A stretch of 64,000 nucleotides of DNA from the human T2T-CHM13v2.0 reference genome, Homo sapiens: NCBI RefSeq assembly GCF_009914755.1, contig NC_060936.1; one strand, given 5' to 3'. The notes under the pieces are model-generated. The model saw only the letters and a program-made list of their open reading frames with translations. It was not told the origin of the DNA and searched no databases. Made by a program: the position numbers and the translations under genes. Numbering within the stretch: position 1 is the stretch's first letter; the number at the start of each line of letters is the position of its first letter. Below, piece by piece: positions 59,191-64,000 of the stretch.

Positions 59191-61514
59191 GCTTATGCTA
59201 TCACCCACATAGAGAACACCCACCTGCAGCAGAGAGAACGAGGCCAGCTCCCTAAAGGAGGCAGCCCCATGAGATGGAGGAAAGAAAGGGAATCCTACTA
59301 AGAGCTCCCCGTTTTCCTGTCATTTTGTTTTGTTTTGTTTTGTTTGACAGAGGCTAATGTGGCTTTCTGACACCAGAGACAGAAATATGCTCAGGAAAAT
59401 AAAGGATGAAAAAGACATGGATGTTTCCTTCCAATAGCTCACAGGACAGTGGGGGAGACAGACAGACAAACAAGCAAACGGAAAGAAGACAGGAAGCACT
59501 AAGGGCTAAAGTAAAGCCACCTTTTAAATGCTGCGGGAGCACAAGGAAGGGGACTCAACACAGCATCAATTAGAGACATGTGTGTCTTCCACGTGTTGGG
59601 CACTGTGCTGGGTGCCCTGCGGTTGACTCTGTTAATATTTCAAGTAGAATGAAATAATTTGCGTCCTTTGCTTTTTGGGCCTTTATTGGTGCCTCTTCTG
59701 CAATGAATACAGGGTACCCTACAGTCTGCTAGGATTCAGTGTTGGTTCATCTGTGATGTGGCATTTCTTACTTATAGTTTAATTATGATTGTTCTATGCC
59801 AACAATGCTGCAGTGAGGTCTGCAAATGGGCTAGGGAAAGCATTTGTTAAAATATAAAAATGTAATTAAAAAAAAGTCAGGGTTGTCTTTCCACTAGCCA
59901 AATTATATACTTGCTTACATTTTAGGTACTAACTTATTAAAGGGGGGTCCCAATTATGTCTCCCTTTCACAATGCAAGCATGCCTTTAGCCACAATTATT
60001 TGTTGTTGGAAAACTGCACACACAATTGCAGCCACAGTTGTCTAATTGTAGGCTGAAAATGAAGGGCAGGCAGTTAATTATTTCTCAGATGCCTGATGCT
60101 GCATGTCATTAGCTGGCTGTGGCACAGGTCATTGCACAAGGCGTTCTTCAGCTACGAAAGGTAAGAGCCTGGGTGACGCACTCCACTGGGTGTGGACTTG
60201 GAGAGTTAAACGCCCGCTCATCTCTGCCAGGGTGTGCTTTGCTCCGAAGAGAACTGACTTCCCTGTCAACCTTTCACTTAATACTAGCTTACCTATTCTC
60301 TCTGTCTTGCTTCTTTGTCTGTTCTGATTTCTTCAGGAATCATCTTGTCAGCTGAAGTGGATGTGCGCTTTTAAAAAAAACAAAAATCTTTATTCCAATT
60401 TAAATTGTTTTTTTCATTTCTGTCTTCCAGCTTTTCTCATATTAGAAAGATTGGAGAGAATTGTTTCTATGGAAGTGGTGAACATGGGACAGAAGTACTT
60501 CTCTCTTGATAAGACCAGCATGTGCAAACCAGGAAGAAAAAGTAAAATCTCCAATAATAGAGAGATAAATCAAACAGGAAAAAAAAAAGTCTGGGTCCGA
60601 AAAACACGTGCATTCCTGTAGCAGAGTTTATGCGAGTTTTTTTTTCTTTTTTTCTTTTTTGTGATGAGGTCACTATTACTCACATGGCTGTGTGGGATAG
60701 ACAGAAAACATGCATAAATAACAAGAAAGCAAGCATTCTAATTTGCGCACCTTGTTTTTTTAAGAGTATAATCATTGGCTGGAATTAATAGGAGCAGCTC
60801 TGAATGAATAACTTACTCAGCATGTAAGTGAAATAACTGAGATTAGAATCCTGAATTGTTACCTTGGGCCTGGAGCATTTACCTCCTTCTCTACCTGCTT
60901 ATCTCCATCTCCTCCAAGGTGTGTTAACCTCATGATAATCAATCACTTCCATGATCAACAATCTCGCTTCTTTTGAGATACTCTTAGGATTTCTGCTCTA
61001 AAAACTTAGACTACTGGGACTTGATTTTCTTTGCTTTTTTCTCAGAAATGTATCTCTTTCTTGTCCAGTTGCAGCAAAATCGAGTGTATGCGGAGTTAAA
61101 CTCCTACAATTAAATGTGCCATTTCAGTTATGGTTTCTTATTCAGAGTTTTACTTTTTTGTGTCTAGATTTCATCTATTAGTTTTATAATCTTCATTGTA
61201 CCCCCTTTGTGACATAAAAATTCTATTAAACCAGTTTTACAAACATTGGAAGGTTAGGAGCAATAAACATTGGTACAAAAGTCCCAATTGAAATTAAGGG
61301 TTTCTCATAAAACACTACCTTTTAAGGAAATATTGCCAAGTATAATATAATTGTCTTCACTGAATGTATCAATCAGAGTTCTTGATTGCAGACAACAGAG
61401 GCCACCCTAACTGTTGAGGCAGGAAGAGTTTTATTGAAGGAGTATTAGGTAGCTCACATCTAACACACATAAACTCACATACGAGTTGTTATGATAATTC
61501 AAACTCTCACATAT

Positions 61515-62909
61515 ACTGTCAAAAGAGTGAAAAGGCAACCCACAGAATGGGAAAAAATATTTGCAAATCACATATCAGATAAGAGAGTAATATACAAAAT
61601 GTATAAAAAACTCCTAAAACTCAACAACAATGACAATAACAAAACAACCTGCTTTAAAAATGGGCAAAGGACTTGAATAAACATTTATCTAAAGAAAACA
61701 TACAAACGGCCAATAAGCACAAGAAAAGATGCTCAACCTCGCTAGCCAATGCGGAAATGCAAATCAAAACTACAACGAGATCTCACCTCATATCTGTTAG
61801 CATGACTACTCATTAGCAGCCATCCTAATTTTTAAAAACCCAGAAAATAACAAGTACTATGAAGATGTGGGGAAATCAAATCCCTTGATCTTGCTAGTGG
61901 GAAGGTAAAATGATGCAACTGCTGTGGAAAGCAGTTTAGCTGTTTCTCAAGAATTACTGTATGATCTGACAATTCCACTCCCAGGGATGTGATATTGTTT
62001 GGCTCTGTGTTTCCACCCAAATCTCATGTTGAATTGTAATCCCCACATGTTGGAGGAGAGGCCTGGTGGGAAGTGATTGAATCATGGGGGCGGACTTCCC
62101 TCTTGCTGTTCTCATGATAGTCAATGTGTTCTCTGGTTGTTTAACAGTGTGTAGTACTTCCCCCTTGGCTCTCTCTCTCTCCTGCTCTGCCATGTGGAGA
62201 AGGTGCTTGCTTCCCCTTTGCCCTTCCACCATGATTGTAAGTTTCCTGAGGCCTCCCAAACCATGCTTCCTGAACAACCTGAGAAACTGTGAGCCAATTA
62301 AACCTCTTTGCTTCATAAATTACCCAGTCTCGGGTAGTTCTTTACAGCAGTGTGAGAATGGACTAATATGGTATGTAACCCAAAGAATTTAAAGCAGGAA
62401 CTCAATTAGATACTTACATCCCAACTTTCACAGCAGCATTATTCACAATTGCCAAAATGTGGAAACAACCCAAACCTTCATCAACAGATGAATTAATAAA
62501 GTATAGTGTATACACTCAATAGAATATTATTCAGCCATAAAAAGAAATGAAATCCTGATAAATGCTACAACATGGATGAAACTTGAAAGCATTACGCTAA
62601 GTGAAACAAGGCAGACACAGAAGGACAAATATTGTATCATTCCACTTACATGAGGTACCTAGAATAGGCAGATTCATAGAGACAGAAAGTACAATAGATG
62701 TTTCCAGGGGCTGGGACAAGACGGGAATGGAGAGTTGGTGTTTAATAGATACAGAGTTTCTGTCTGGGATGACGACATTCTGGAAATGGATAATGGTGAT
62801 GGTCACATAATACTGTGAATTTACTTAATTCCACTGAATTGTACACTTAAAAGTGGGTAACATGGTAAATGTTATGTTATGTATATTTTATCACAATTTA
62901 AAAAAAAAG
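61515..62909 (+). mobile_element. L1MB 3' end split by MSTA
   Basis: KRVKRQPTEWEKIFANH ORF2 tail; ...CCACTGAATTGTACACTTAAAA...TATATTTTATCACAATT plus A-tail. Confidence 0.88.
61990..62370 (+). mobile_element. MSTA-like MaLR solo LTR
   Basis: TGATATTGTTTGGCTCTGTGT...GAGAATGGACTAATA. TSD GGATG/GTATG. Confidence 0.85.
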
Positions 62910-63199
62910 CAAATACTCCTAGCTCAGGGGCTGTGCACAAACAGGCAGCAGGCTAAATCTTGCCCGTAGGCTGTAGTTTGCCAACTACCGCTCCATGGAA
63001 TAGGGACACAAGCTAGGCAGAGGCTACAGTGCGTGAGCCTCTTTAGAGTCTCACCACAATGGGTAAAGGAATATGCTCCCTATTAGTCAGCTATGTGTAT
63101 TTGCTCTTCCAGTAATGCAAGTTCCCCTGCATGAACTGAAAGAATTTCTTCAACTTATTATGCCTCAATACTTCTCTATATCCTTATCGATCATCCTGC

Positions 63200-63660
63200 T
63201 TCCTTTCACCTCAGGCATGGCATTCTTTTATAAGACTGACTCCTATGCTTTTTTCTCTTGATTCCATTTTCTCCCATCCTTCTCCTAGATTCTTGCTCCA
63301 TTAATCATCCCTTCCTCTCTGCTGGTTCCTTTCTCTTAGCAGCGTGTCTGCCCATATTTCCTCTAACATAAAAGGAAGTTCTCTCAACCTTCCATCCCCC
63401 TCCAGCTACTATTTTATCCCTTTCTTCCCTTCACTGTCAACTCTTTAAAAAGAGTAGCTTCCACTAGAGTTACTAAGCTAAACTAAAAAGAGAAGTACCT
63501 ACGTACTTATTCTTTAATCTACTGCCATCTGACTTTCTGTGAATTGAAATGTCCTTTTAAAGGTATTTCCTGATTAGGAATCTAAGGGCTCCCATCATTT
63601 GACCTTTCTGCTTCATTTGGTGTGTTAAGTGCTCCTTCTCAGTCTCCTTTCCAGGATCCT
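63200..63660 (+). mobile_element. L2 internal fragment
   Basis: CCCCTCCAGCTACT...TTCCCTTCACTGTCAACTCTTTAAAAAGAGTAG. Confidence 0.6.
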
Positions 63661-63824
63661 TTACAAATCCATCCACAGTTACTGAGCACTTGCCACCTGC
63701 CTGGCACTGCACTGGGTGCTGGGGCACTGTCTGCCCTCCATGCATCTCTAGGTTTTCTTTCCAAGGCTTCCCTGAGCATCTTCTGTTCTTGCTCTGTGCT
63801 CCTTCTGCAGGTTATTTAGCCACT

Positions 63825-64000
63825 TGCTTGGTATTGAGAGCTTACTCTATGCCACCCTGTTCTAAGTGCTTCACATGGATGAACTCACTGGACATTTGAA
63901 ACATTCCCATGAGGTGCTATTAACATCTCCATTTCACAAATGAGAAAATCAAGGTACAGAAGGTAGCCCTAAGTACTACAGCTAGTAGGTGGCCGATCTG
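63825..64000 (-). mobile_element. MIR
   Basis: CTCCATTTCACAAATGAGAAAATCAAGGTACAGA. Confidence 0.7.

Overview
Primate (hominoid-type, plausibly human) genomic DNA, mostly interspersed repeats. I can support no intact host protein-coding exon, RNA gene or CRISPR array. The centrepiece is a nested stack at 18535-33964. A two-LTR MER57A-type ERV1 provirus (tRNA-Leu(CAA) PBS, PPT, GATG target-site duplication (TSD), decayed integrase and env-TM remnants) contains three Alus and a 5'-deleted THE1A MaLR. The THE1A in turn contains a full-length, disabled L1PA3-type LINE-1 (26618-32800, 12-bp TSD) that retains the ~129-bp ZNF93-site 5'UTR segment. The most unusual signal is a 25-nt exact antisense copy of 7SK snRNA (26277-26301) at the junction where the ERV internal region is fused to the middle of THE1-int, which suggests an RNA-patched deletion of roughly 1.5 kb. 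The rest is solo LTRs (LTR8/8A, MER4, MER21, MER31, MER34, MER39, MER65, MER93, MLT1, MST, LTR16), DNA-transposon fossils (Arthur1, MER119, Tigger3, MER5, MER58, MER103-like), about 20 Alu/FLAM/FAM copies, and old L1M/L2/L3/MIR fragments. There are also several templated-insertion or fold-back scars and a few repeat-free blocks that may be regulatory. Repeat family names come from my recall of consensus sequences, not from a database run. Boundaries without a stated TSD are approximate. I found no convincing new biological system, only unusual genome-repair and retrotransposition footprints.
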